Assembly (NCBI GenBank): GCA_964645485.1
Contig: CAZXZO010000005.1
Coordinates: 1,281-65,280 of the forward strand
Source: an uncultured Candidatus Poseidoniales archaeon
GTDB lineage: Archaea > Thermoplasmatota > Poseidoniia > Poseidoniales > Thalassarchaeaceae
DNA: 64,000 bases
Reading direction: 5' to 3'
Numbering within the stretch: the stretch's first letter is position 1; each line of letters opens with the position of its first letter. The notes beneath the pieces were generated by a model, which saw nothing but the letters and a program-made list of their open reading frames with translations, had not been told where the DNA came from and made no database searches. This document shows, piece after piece, positions 1-9,099 of the stretch. Made by a program: the position numbers and the translations under genes.

Positions 1-306
1 TCAATAATGTGCGAGCCTGATGAAGAATTTCACTGTGGATCTATATTTGAACATTCTAGCGGATTATGGCGCATTCGTGCTTTGCACAGTGGCAAAGGTC
101 GAACACTAAATGGTAAAATGAAAGCCGTAAATATTCGTCGAGTTTTTCTACACTTGCCACCTACCTATGAGGATGCCCAAGAAAAGAGACGATTAGAACG
201 TGGTCGCTGGAAAGGACAACAATTCTCTGGACGTGAAGAGCACCAAGAAAGAATCCGTGCTGAAAATATTCGCTCGAAGAAGGTTTACCGAGAACGTCAA
301 GAATAA
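1..306 (+). CDS. 5'-truncated CDS, probably C-terminal part of an HVO_0476-family (COG1326-like) archaeal zinc-finger protein
   Basis: Frame is open from base 1 (tca ata atg) to the stop at 304-306. The pattern EPDEEFHCG..WRIRALH..GR..AVNIRRVF resembles the C-terminal domain of this family as recalled; not searched. Confidence 0.5.
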   Translation, partial: SIMCEPDEEFHCGSIFEHSSGLWRIRALHSGKGRTLNGKMKAVNIRRVFLHLPPTYEDAQEKRRLERGRWKGQQFSGREEHQERIRAENIRSKKVYRERQE

Positions 307-314
307 TCTTTTTT

Positions 315-1331
315 TTAGCGTGACCATGGCATCATGAATGACTTTGCAACATGCCAAGCGATATCTGGATTTTCTCTTAATCTTCGCATGCTATATTCAT
401 ACCATTTTTCCCCAAATGGGACATATACCCTGACTTTATGGCCTTCTTTGAGAAGTTTTCTTCTCATTTCACCACGAACTCCCAACAGCATTTGGAATTC
501 ATATCCTGGCCCCTTGTCATCTCCTGTTTGGCACGCCCCTTTCCGTGGGTCTGTTACTGATGGCCCCATCTTATTTTCATTAAGTTGAGACAGCGAATCT
601 GAAACCACTGGCTTATCATGCGTTGCGATTGCACAATAAGAATTATTTTTCAGCATCAAAGATAATGCATCTGAATATGCTTCATTGATTGCTGTGTAAT
701 CGGTGTGGGCTATATCTGCGGATTCAAGATAGATTCCCTTGCAAATACGTATATCTGTGTCACCTCCAAGAATCGAAGAGATGGAATTTATGTCGTCTAA
801 TGTTCTGAATAATCTCGCTTGTAGTACGACTCCAACATTATTCAATCCGATTTCATGCATTTTCAACACAATATCAATTGTTGATTGAGTTACTCTGTGG
901 TCCTCCATATCTAATCGGACAAACATATCATGTTTGGCGGCCTTTTCAAGTAATTGTTTGATATTTTCTAGGCCTACTTCTTCATCAATTAATAGGCCAA
1001 AAGCAGTTGGTTTTATCGAGATATTAGCATCTAGTCCTTGGCTAATTATTTCATCAATTACTTGTTCATAGATTGTGAGAAAATAATTTGCTTCATCCAG
1101 CGTAGAAATTTCTTCACCTAATACATCTATAGTGAAGCAACACCCTTCTTTATCACCTAATTTTTTCATCACTTTCATTGCTGAATCTAAGTTTTTCCCG
1201 GCGACATATCGCTTAGAAACCCAACCAACAAGGAACTTCGGAGTGATGGGTAAAACCCCAACAATCAGTCTTCCGAATAGACCCAATGCCTTCGCCCCTG
1301 ATATCGGAAGTCCGCGCCCGCTCTTTGACAA
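315..1331 (-). CDS. Monofunctional proline dehydrogenase
   Basis: Motifs RYVAG, TIDVLGE, ISIKPTA, VRLDME, RICKGIY, AIATHD, EFQMLLGVR and VYVPFGEKWYEYSMRRLRENP. Confidence 0.95.
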   Translation of the reverse strand: MSKSGRGLPISGAKALGLFGRLIVGVLPITPKFLVGWVSKRYVAGKNLDSAMKVMKKLGDKEGCCFTIDVLGEEISTLDEANYFLTIYEQVIDEIISQGLDANISIKPTAFGLLIDEEVGLENIKQLLEKAAKHDMFVRLDMEDHRVTQSTIDIVLKMHEIGLNNVGVVLQARLFRTLDDINSISSILGGDTDIRICKGIYLESADIAHTDYTAINEAYSDALSLMLKNNSYCAIATHDKPVVSDSLSQLNENKMGPSVTDPRKGACQTGDDKGPGYEFQMLLGVRGEMRRKLLKEGHKVRVYVPFGEKWYEYSMRRLRENPDIAWHVAKSFMMPWSR

Positions 1332-1344
1332 TTACCCACTTAAC

Positions 1345-2325
1345 TCAATCGAAATCTTTTGTCCTTCCAATAGGTAAATCTAGATTTTCACAAAGACGTA
1401 TTACTGCTCTCCTCTGCCATCCTTTGAACGATTTTCTGTCTAGGTGGGCGATTACCTGCCCACCTTGAAAAGCGAGTTTTGTACTCTCTAATGCTACTTT
1501 TATCGAATGTTGCCATTGTCCGAGAGGCAAAACACCTGTTAATGGGTCCCAATCGTTGTCTTCAGGCCTAGTCATCTCTAGGGCGTAAGATGCTAGTTGA
1601 TGGCCAGCCCAGCAATTGGTTTTCCTAATCACATCGGTATGTCGTGGAGCATAATGGCCACCACCAATTCCGAGCATCACTTTTGCCCGGCTTTTTTGTT
1701 CTGATGAGAGGCTTTCCCAGTCACCTAGTCCATTACCACCGTCTAATCCAAGGCCTTCTGAGATGACATCTGCCCACGCCTCTGCAGCATCGCGTCTATC
1801 CCAGTGACTTTCAGATGAGCCAATTTCGATAAACATAGTCGGGACTGAAAGGCTAGGGCCGTGATGAGTTGTCTCTATGGTCATGTCAAATTCTGGAATT
1901 AATCCATGCTCAATTCCGGCTTGATGCATGCGCCGATACCACTGCGCAAATCGTGGGTTCGGTAGAACCACTTCTCCCTTAATTCCGCCATATTCTGCGG
2001 ATTCACCAACAGGTGATTCGCCAGGTACACCAATTACATGTAATGTCAAACTAGGAAGTCCACTTGCTGCAAAATGTCGGGATAGGAAAATCACTTCTTT
2101 CACAGCCATTGCTGAATGCTCAGAGTATCGTTTGTCTAGGTCATCCTCCATCAGTATTCGACCGGGAAACCACCAAAGATGTACGGGTTTTAGGGTGTGC
2201 GCGAAAGACTTGCCATTCTCAACGGGTGGATTTTCAGACCATCCCCCACGGGCGAGAAGTGCATCTCCTTGTATTGTCGAAGCAATGTCTGGTTCTGATA
2301 CGATAAGTAGAGTAATCATATTCAC
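1345..2325 (-). CDS. dtdA: Archaeal D-aminoacyl-tRNA deacylase (DTD2)
   Basis: Motifs FLSRH, LTLH, E-TTHHGP, FIEIGSSE-W and GIGGGHYAPR. Confidence 0.9.
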   Translation of the reverse strand: MNMITLLIVSEPDIASTIQGDALLARGGWSENPPVENGKSFAHTLKPVHLWWFPGRILMEDDLDKRYSEHSAMAVKEVIFLSRHFAASGLPSLTLHVIGVPGESPVGESAEYGGIKGEVVLPNPRFAQWYRRMHQAGIEHGLIPEFDMTIETTHHGPSLSVPTMFIEIGSSESHWDRRDAAEAWADVISEGLGLDGGNGLGDWESLSSEQKSRAKVMLGIGGGHYAPRHTDVIRKTNCWAGHQLASYALEMTRPEDNDWDPLTGVLPLGQWQHSIKVALESTKLAFQGGQVIAHLDRKSFKGWQRRAVIRLCENLDLPIGRTKDFD

Positions 2326-3053
2326 TCCTCCTCAAAATTATCACTTTCAAAAACAGTGTAGAAGGTGAGTAAACCAAAGTTTAGAGAGATGAAAAGTACC
2401 CATTCAAAAAATGCTGAAACAGTGGGGGAAAAAATTACGAATGTAAGGGCAGAAAGTTGCATCGAAAAGAATGCAATACCTGCGCTGGTCCATCGCAATC
2501 GGGTTATTTTGTGCCCTCTCCACTCCTTTTCTGCATCAAGTATAGTTCTAGAAATAGTTACCAATACAGTCCACAATATTGAACATGAAAATACTAGCGT
2601 TGCCAAAATTAGATGCAGGAATAATTTGGTATGCATAGGAGTCCAGGCCAAAATCATTAGGCCAAAACCTCCAATCAGTCCAGCAATCAGGCCAGCATGA
2701 TTAGTTTTAGAGTGAATTATTGCAGTGTTTTCCCCTTGTAATCGTGTGTGAGTTTGATGCCAAACTTGTTTTGATAGCCACATCATCATTGCGCCAACAA
2801 TTGACAAACCTATTCCAAATACAATGCTTTCAGGGGCAAAAACTCCCGCCGAAGAAATGTAAGGTGGTAGACCATTTTCAAATATAACTGGGTGGTTAAA
2901 GAAAATTAATTGGTCAGAGAGATCCATTATCTCTTTTCTTTTCCCACCTCCTAATTGCATCATTAATTGAGACACGATTGCAGTGACGAAAGTCAATCCA
3001 ACCATTGTGAACAATATTTTTGTCTCTCGATTTTCATTGGTGGACAATCTCAA
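2322..3053 (-). CDS. Frag1/DRAM/Sfk1-family polytopic membrane protein
   Basis: About 6 hydrophobic helices, the PYISSAG..PESIVF motif, a conserved His (LH..LA) and a C-terminal FEW. Confidence 0.7.
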   Translation of the reverse strand: MRLSTNENRETKILFTMVGLTFVTAIVSQLMMQLGGGKRKEIMDLSDQLIFFNHPVIFENGLPPYISSAGVFAPESIVFGIGLSIVGAMMMWLSKQVWHQTHTRLQGENTAIIHSKTNHAGLIAGLIGGFGLMILAWTPMHTKLFLHLILATLVFSCSILWTVLVTISRTILDAEKEWRGHKITRLRWTSAGIAFFSMQLSALTFVIFSPTVSAFFEWVLFISLNFGLLTFYTVFESDNFEEE

Positions 3054-3832
3054 TCCTCCTCTAGAAGCATTCTGAAAGCATCAATATCGAACATAGAAGC
3101 ACCGATAGCCATGGCTTCTTCCACATCAAACCAGCGAGCCTCTTCGACTTCATCTGGTTTGCAAACAAATTCTAATCCATCGGGAACATCCAAAAGATAC
3201 GTGAATGATACCCAGTCAATTCCCTCTGCATTAAAAATTCGTTCTTGAACAATGAATCTATCAACTCCTTCCTGAATAATCCCAGCCTCACCACGAGGGT
3301 CTGGCAGTTTTAATTCAACTCCTAATTCTTCAAACAGTTCACGCTCTGCACCGCGCCTAGGGTGTTCTGCATAATCAAGGAAACCTCCTGGTAAAGTCCA
3401 GTGGCCAGTGAAGAATCCGCGCTTCACTTTTTGCAATAATAGTTGGCCGCTAGGGTTTCGGAGTACAACTTTTGCAACCACTCTATGTAGTGTTCTATAG
3501 GCTGATTCGCGGGCTACAGGGTGGACTGCTGAATCAGAAATCAAGTTGTCTTTCCATGCCCAATCTCTTGGCCATTCGATTTCAGGTTGGGCATGAGTTA
3601 CTTCGTGTGTACTATCCTCGAAATCAAATCGATTGACTCTCTTAACAACCCAAGTAAGTCCTAACTCACTTGCTTCTTCTTCAGTAGGTAGCCGATACAC
3701 CCAGCCGGTCTTGGATTCTCGACCTTTAACAGGAATTTGCGGCCCATTTCCATCTTTGTCAACGAGTAGCACTTTGCCATCGTGTTCTAGGTAGAGGTGC
3801 TGCTGTGCCATATTCTCGCCACAGGCAACCAC
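3050..3832 (-). CDS. NUDIX hydrolase with N-terminal extension
   Basis: Nudix box GGFLDYAEHPRRGAERELFEELG. Confidence 0.9.
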   Translation of the reverse strand: MVACGENMAQQHLYLEHDGKVLLVDKDGNGPQIPVKGRESKTGWVYRLPTEEEASELGLTWVVKRVNRFDFEDSTHEVTHAQPEIEWPRDWAWKDNLISDSAVHPVARESAYRTLHRVVAKVVLRNPSGQLLLQKVKRGFFTGHWTLPGGFLDYAEHPRRGAERELFEELGVELKLPDPRGEAGIIQEGVDRFIVQERIFNAEGIDWVSFTYLLDVPDGLEFVCKPDEVEEARWFDVEEAMAIGASMFDIDAFRMLLEED

Positions 3833-3885
3833 ATTCTAAATCCGCCGCTAGGCCAATGTTCCTTCTGGCAGAGGATATTGTGTCT

Positions 3886-4824
3886 TTAATATCCTAGAAG
3901 TTCAACGAGTTGTTCTTTGTAGAAGTTTGCAGAACCTTGAAGGCTTCCAAGTTCAGAACTCTCTAACTCTAATTCTATGATACCTTCAACTCCATTTTTA
4001 CCCAAGGTCACAGGAACACCGATGTAAATATCGTCTAGTCCGTACTGTCCAGTGAGATAAGCAGAGCACGGTAACAACCTCTTTCGGTCTTTTACAATTG
4101 CTTCAGCCATAATTGCCGCGGCGGATCCCGGTGCGTAAAATGCGCTTCCCCGCTCTAGAAGTTTGACAATTTCACCGCCGCCTCCAGCGGTTCTTTCAGA
4201 AATAGCGTCAATTGTGTCTGAGTCTAAAAGTTGAGTAATGGATATTCCACCAACTGTAGTATAACGCGGAAGGGGGACCATCGTATCTCCGTGTCCTCCA
4301 AGTACCATTGCCTGAACATCCTCATTTGAGCAACCTATCTCTTGGGCTACAAAATGGGTCATACGGGCTGAGTCAAGGATTCCGGCTTGGCCGACCACTC
4401 TATGATGTGGGAATCCAGTCACTTTTTGCATGTGGTAAGTCATCAAGTCTAATGGGTTGGTAACCATGACAATGACTGAATCAGGAGCATGTTCACGAAT
4501 GCCTGTTCCAACTTGTGTGACTATATCTGCATTCTTGCCTATCAAATCCTCTCTACTCATGCCTGGCTGTCTTGGGAATCCTGATGTCACAACGACAACA
4601 TCTGCTCCAGCGATGTCGGCGTAATCTGCTGTGCCGGTGATACTACCATCGTAGTTGAGAATTTGACCGCCTTGACTCATATCCAATGCCTTTCCTTTGG
4701 CAAATCCTTCAAAGATATCGAGTAAAACAATATCACCCAATTTTTTCTGAGCTAACACAAAAGCGCACGTAGCACCTACATTTCCAGCCCCGATTACCGC
4801 GATTTTCTTTTTTCCACTACTCAT
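3886..4824 (-). CDS. mdh: Malate dehydrogenase (LDH-like)
   Basis: Motifs GAGNVG, PRQPGMSREDL, VTNPLD, LDSAR and GGHGD. Start placed at ATG 4824, preceded by a GGTGGAG RBS, rather than the ORF-track start 4908. Confidence 0.95.
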   Translation of the reverse strand: MSSGKKKIAVIGAGNVGATCAFVLAQKKLGDIVLLDIFEGFAKGKALDMSQGGQILNYDGSITGTADYADIAGADVVVVTSGFPRQPGMSREDLIGKNADIVTQVGTGIREHAPDSVIVMVTNPLDLMTYHMQKVTGFPHHRVVGQAGILDSARMTHFVAQEIGCSNEDVQAMVLGGHGDTMVPLPRYTTVGGISITQLLDSDTIDAISERTAGGGGEIVKLLERGSAFYAPGSAAAIMAEAIVKDRKRLLPCSAYLTGQYGLDDIYIGVPVTLGKNGVEGIIELELESSELGSLQGSANFYKEQLVELLGY

Positions 4825-5037
4825 CTTCTCCACCTTGTGTGAACCGCATCGGGGGGTGCTCCATCCAAATACTAACCGCTTCATCAATTTACGATAACTC
4901 TTCGTCAAAGTGTAAAAACTACACTAACTTCTGTATGCATCCTCTTGAGCGACATTCAAGAACCTCGTCTAAGTCGCAACCTTGCTGATGAATGGGGTTG
5001 CCCTACGGGCAGACAGTTCCAGCGGGTGTGTTCAACC

Positions 5038-6201
5038 ATGAAATTAGGAGTTGTGAAAGAGGCAGATGGGGAAACCAGAGTCGCTATTGTTCCAGGTTCA
5101 ATGAAGAAATTGAAAAAAATGGGTTTTGAAGTGTTGGTTGAATCTGGTGCTGGGATTTCTTCCCATCATCACGATTCCGAATATACTGATGCTGGTGCTA
5201 CAGTGACTGACAGGGCCACTGCATTGTCTGCAGATATTGTGATTTCTATTGGGATGCCTGAATTAAGTGGCATGAAAGGAGGACAGATGGTTGCTTGTGT
5301 TTCTGACCCATTCAGAAATCCAGAGCGAGTAAAAGAAGCGATGGATGCAAAAATTACACTTTTTAGCATGGATATGATTCCTCGTCGGATTTCTAGAGCA
5401 CAAGCAATGGATGTCAATAGTAGCCAAGACAATCTTGCTGGGTACAAGGCAGTTCTTACTGGTGCTGCCCACGCACCAAAGGGGATTCCAATGATGACCA
5501 CTAGTGCTGGCACAGTTAGACCTGCTAAGTTTGTCATCATGGGTTCAGGTGTTGCTGGCTTACAGGCAATTGCAACAGCCAAGCGCTTAGGAGCAATTGT
5601 TTATGCCTCTGATGTCAGGAAATCCGCCGCAGAACAGATTGAATCTGTTGGTGGCCGTTTCATCGAAGTTGATGGAATGGATGATTTCGAAGATGAATCT
5701 GGATATGCTAAACCGTTGACCCCAGAATTCATCCAAAAGGTCAACGACACAGTTTGTGAGGTTGCATCAGATGCTGATGTTATCGTAACAACTGCAAGAA
5801 TTTTCGGCCGGCCAGCGCCAATCACAGTGCCAGCGAGTGCAGTTGTTAATTTCAAGCCCGGTTCAGTAGTTGTTGACATGAATGCAGATGTCGGAGGCAA
5901 CTGTGAACTAACTGAGGTTGGTAAAATCACTCAAACTGATAATGGGGTGACCATAGTAGGTACTCCAAATTTAGCCGGTCAATTAGCATCAACTGCGAGT
6001 ATGCTCTACTCAAACAATCTCACAACATTTGTTGCATCTTTAGTAAAGGAGGGAGAGTTAACCTTAGATTTAGAAGATGACATTTTAGTCGGTTCACCTG
6101 AGGGTAGTGAGTTCCACATTCCAGGAATGGGTGGGGTTCTGATTTGCACAGGTGGTACGATGCACGAAAAGCAAACACGTCTCGGGGAGGTGGTTCAATG
6201 A
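5038..6201 (+). CDS. pntA: NAD(P) transhydrogenase alpha subunit, part 1 (dI)
   Basis: Motifs ETRVA, RISRAQAMDVNSSQ, AGYKAV, GSGVAGLQA, TARIFGRPAP and GGNCE. ATG 5038 (MKLGVVKE) is the family-typical start. Confidence 0.95.
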   Translation: MKLGVVKEADGETRVAIVPGSMKKLKKMGFEVLVESGAGISSHHHDSEYTDAGATVTDRATALSADIVISIGMPELSGMKGGQMVACVSDPFRNPERVKEAMDAKITLFSMDMIPRRISRAQAMDVNSSQDNLAGYKAVLTGAAHAPKGIPMMTTSAGTVRPAKFVIMGSGVAGLQAIATAKRLGAIVYASDVRKSAAEQIESVGGRFIEVDGMDDFEDESGYAKPLTPEFIQKVNDTVCEVASDADVIVTTARIFGRPAPITVPASAVVNFKPGSVVVDMNADVGGNCELTEVGKITQTDNGVTIVGTPNLAGQLASTASMLYSNNLTTFVASLVKEGELTLDLEDDILVGSPEGSEFHIPGMGGVLICTGGTMHEKQTRLGEVVQ

Positions 6202-6521
6202 GCCTCACATTAACAGCACTTATTGGCAGTATTACGGTCTTTGTTTTGGCAATTTTCCTCGGATTTGAGTTGATTAGCAAGGTTCCAGCAACGTTGCACA
6301 CACCGTTGATGTCTGGTGCCAATGCGATTTCTGGAATTACAATCGTAGGTGCCTTAATTTTGTCAAACTCTGCTTTCAATGATGGCAACCCAGGCACTGC
6401 TGCATGGCTTGCCTTTGCGGCATTAGTTCTCGCTACCATCAACTGCGTTGGTGGATTTATGGTGACCAACAGAATGTTGGAAATGATTGCTGGTAAGCGC
6501 AAGAAGAAGGGAGGTGCTTAG
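6198..6521 (+). CDS. pntA: NAD(P) transhydrogenase alpha subunit, part 2 (membrane)
   Basis: Motifs VPATLHTPLMSGANAISG and INCVGGFMVTNRMLEM. ATGA overlap with the upstream gene and a GGAGGTGG RBS. Confidence 0.95.
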   Translation: MSLTLTALIGSITVFVLAIFLGFELISKVPATLHTPLMSGANAISGITIVGALILSNSAFNDGNPGTAAWLAFAALVLATINCVGGFMVTNRMLEMIAGKRKKKGGA

Positions 6522-6522
6522 A

Positions 6523-7968
6523 ATGGTTGATGCAGTAGTTTGGGATATTGGATATCTCGTTTCAGCCGCACTTTTCATTATCGGCATCAAAAAATTGTCA
6601 AGCCCTAGAACCGCTCCTGATGGCAACCGATTGGGTGCCTATGGGATGCTTTTGGCTGTACTAGTAACATTAGCGAAAATGTACAGTGAGGGTTTCATCG
6701 GTCTAGAATTGATATTCGGTGGATTAGTAATTGGAACCGTCATTGGTGCATGGTTGGCAATTCGTGTAGAAATGACAGGAATGCCTGAACTTGTGGCTCT
6801 GTTCAATGGATTTGGTGGGGCTGCTTCTGCATTAGTCGGATTGTCCGAAGTTTTGGGTCGATTACAGGCTGGAAATGTTCCTTCAGGAGGAGTTGAACTC
6901 TACGCTATTTGGGTGGCTATAGGCTTGTCAGGTTTAGTAGGCTGGCTTACACTAACAGGTAGTTTGATGGCCATGGGCAAACTGATGGGTGGTTTCTATA
7001 TTCCACTTACAAAGAAGGATGACAGGGGACGCAGGAAATGGGTCAGTTTCCCTACCTGGGGGCCACCTTGGTTGAATATTGTGAAAGTAGGATTACTTCT
7101 CACATCGATTATACTAATTGTTCTCACAATTCAAGAGCCAAACAATACTGATTACATCTACGGTTTAGTGGCATCATCTTGTATTCTAGGGGTATTGTTT
7201 GTGTTGCCAATTGGTGGCGCAGATATGCCCGTTGTTGTGAGTCTGTTGAATTCCATGTCAGGAATTGCTGCTGCTTTCACAGGTTTCGTAATTGGCAACA
7301 ATGTGCTGATTATTGCCGGCTCAATGGTTGGGGCTGCAGGGTTGATTCTAACATTCATCATGTGTAAAGCAATGAACAGGACTCTGTCAGCAGTTCTCTT
7401 CAAGTCTTTTGGAGGCGGAGGTCGTGAAACAGTCACTCGAACAAAAGTTGGAAGCGACCCGGAAGAAGTCGCAATGGTTTGTGATGGTATTGCGTCTTGT
7501 GTAATCATTCCTGGTTACGGAATGGCAGTTTCTCAAGCCCAACATACGGTGAAAGAATTTGCAGATTTACTCGAGTCTCAAGATGTAGAAGTCAAGTATG
7601 GTATTCACCCAGTTGCTGGTAGAATGCCTGGGCACATGAATGTCCTTCTCGCTGAGGCGAATGTGCCATATGAGCAATTGATTGAGATGGATGACATCAA
7701 TTCAGAGTTGCCAGAATGTGATGTCGCTCTTGTAATCGGCGCCAATGACACAGTCAACCCAGTCGCACGTTCTGGAGAAGGTCCACTTGGTGGAATGCCA
7801 ATTATTGATGCAGACAAGGCTAGGGTTGTTGTGGTCATCAAGCGCAGTCTCAATGTAGGATATGCTGGAGTAGACAATGACTTGTTTTATGAAGACAAGA
7901 CAATGATGCTATTTGGTGACGGTAAAAAGATGATGAACGAATTGAATTCAGCTCTGAAAGAACTCTGA
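6523..7968 (+). CDS. pntB: NAD(P) transhydrogenase beta subunit
   Basis: Motifs MPELVALFNGFGG, IGGADMPVVVSLLNS, GYGMAVSQAQH, HPVAGRMPGHMNVLLAEA and GANDTVNP. RBS GGAGGTG precedes ATG 6523. Confidence 0.95.
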   Translation: MVDAVVWDIGYLVSAALFIIGIKKLSSPRTAPDGNRLGAYGMLLAVLVTLAKMYSEGFIGLELIFGGLVIGTVIGAWLAIRVEMTGMPELVALFNGFGGAASALVGLSEVLGRLQAGNVPSGGVELYAIWVAIGLSGLVGWLTLTGSLMAMGKLMGGFYIPLTKKDDRGRRKWVSFPTWGPPWLNIVKVGLLLTSIILIVLTIQEPNNTDYIYGLVASSCILGVLFVLPIGGADMPVVVSLLNSMSGIAAAFTGFVIGNNVLIIAGSMVGAAGLILTFIMCKAMNRTLSAVLFKSFGGGGRETVTRTKVGSDPEEVAMVCDGIASCVIIPGYGMAVSQAQHTVKEFADLLESQDVEVKYGIHPVAGRMPGHMNVLLAEANVPYEQLIEMDDINSELPECDVALVIGANDTVNPVARSGEGPLGGMPIIDADKARVVVVIKRSLNVGYAGVDNDLFYEDKTMMLFGDGKKMMNELNSALKEL

Positions 7969-8006
7969 ATTAGTCTTCTCTGAAAACTGCCTCCGTGTGA
8001 ATACTG

Positions 8007-8026
8007 GGCTCCCCTAAGGGGGAGCC
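8007..8026 (+). terminator. GC-rich hairpin downstream of pntB (terminator or regulatory)
   Basis: GGCTCCCC-TAAG-GGGGAGCC: perfect 8-bp stem with no U-tract. Confidence 0.45.
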
Positions 8027-8079
8027 TGCGAGCAACCGTTATGAAGCGCCCACAGGTCGAGGTAAATACAGGTGTGGCC

Positions 8080-9090
8080 ATGCGAGCAACTGCAACTCGT
8101 TCAATACTAGTGATTTCTCTCGTATTACTGCTTGCAGCCCAAGTTTTGGCATCATCAGGTGGACCACCTGAATCTAACATGACAGGTGAATCAACCGTTT
8201 TGACAGGTTGCAACTGTCACGGCTCAGCAGCACCTTCTGCTGCATCTGGGCCATCAGCGGAGGTAGTCGTATCTATTTCGGGTGTACCTTCAGCATACCA
8301 AGTTGATACTGCTTATGATTTGACTATCACAATCTCACATTCATCCAACACCGCAGGTGGATTCATGATGTCATCAAACGGACTCGGCATTTTCTCTTGG
8401 GGAGATGACGTTGATGTCCGTCCGGCAGAGGGCGGTGATGACCCAGAGTCAGCGTCTTCAACCAGTGAAAACATATCTCACTCAAAAACAACAGATCCAG
8501 CCCAGTGGGTGATTACTTGGACATCACCATCAAGTGACATCGGAGATGTCTCATTCTACCTCGCTGGAAATTCTGTTGATGGACATGGAGCGAATGATGA
8601 TGGAGACGCATGGAATCTACTTTCATTCACTATCACCTCCCCATCAAGCACATCTGCTCAAGCAGATTTGACTACTAGGGTAATCAGCGTGGGCGATTAT
8701 CAGAGCCTATTTGTTAGTGAACCAGACCCTTCAGCAATAGAGCATGAAAAGCAATTAGAATTAGCAGAAAGTGTATTCACAACCGGAAACACCCTATTCT
8801 TTTCCTCATTGTGTGTGTTAATAGTTGGCGCAGTTTTCCAACGTGAAATCTTTGAGCGTAAAAACGGTGGGGGACCAACTCACTTGGCAAAGGAACTCGC
8901 TTATCCAGAAGGCTTGAAGAGAGGATTAATTTCCTTTGTAATGTTCCTAGTTGGATTGAATTGGCTGGCAACAGGAGCAGATGCATATCTCTACGCGCCA
9001 GCAATTTTCTGCGGTTTTTGGGCCGCATACGGAGTCTACCGCACTGTTTTATCAGCACGAGCAGAGCCTGTCGTGAAGGATATACTCTGA
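8080..9090 (+). CDS. Secreted Reeler/choice-of-anchor-V-like domain protein with three C-terminal TM helices
   Basis: Signal peptide, a GCNCHG motif, Reeler-like segments (PSAYQ..YDLTI, AGGF, SHS..W...WTSP...DVSFYLAGNSVDG..DDGDAWN) and a hydrophobic C-terminus. Confidence 0.7.
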   Translation: MRATATRSILVISLVLLLAAQVLASSGGPPESNMTGESTVLTGCNCHGSAAPSAASGPSAEVVVSISGVPSAYQVDTAYDLTITISHSSNTAGGFMMSSNGLGIFSWGDDVDVRPAEGGDDPESASSTSENISHSKTTDPAQWVITWTSPSSDIGDVSFYLAGNSVDGHGANDDGDAWNLLSFTITSPSSTSAQADLTTRVISVGDYQSLFVSEPDPSAIEHEKQLELAESVFTTGNTLFFSSLCVLIVGAVFQREIFERKNGGGPTHLAKELAYPEGLKRGLISFVMFLVGLNWLATGADAYLYAPAIFCGFWAAYGVYRTVLSARAEPVVKDIL

Positions 9091-9099
9091 GGTGTTATT

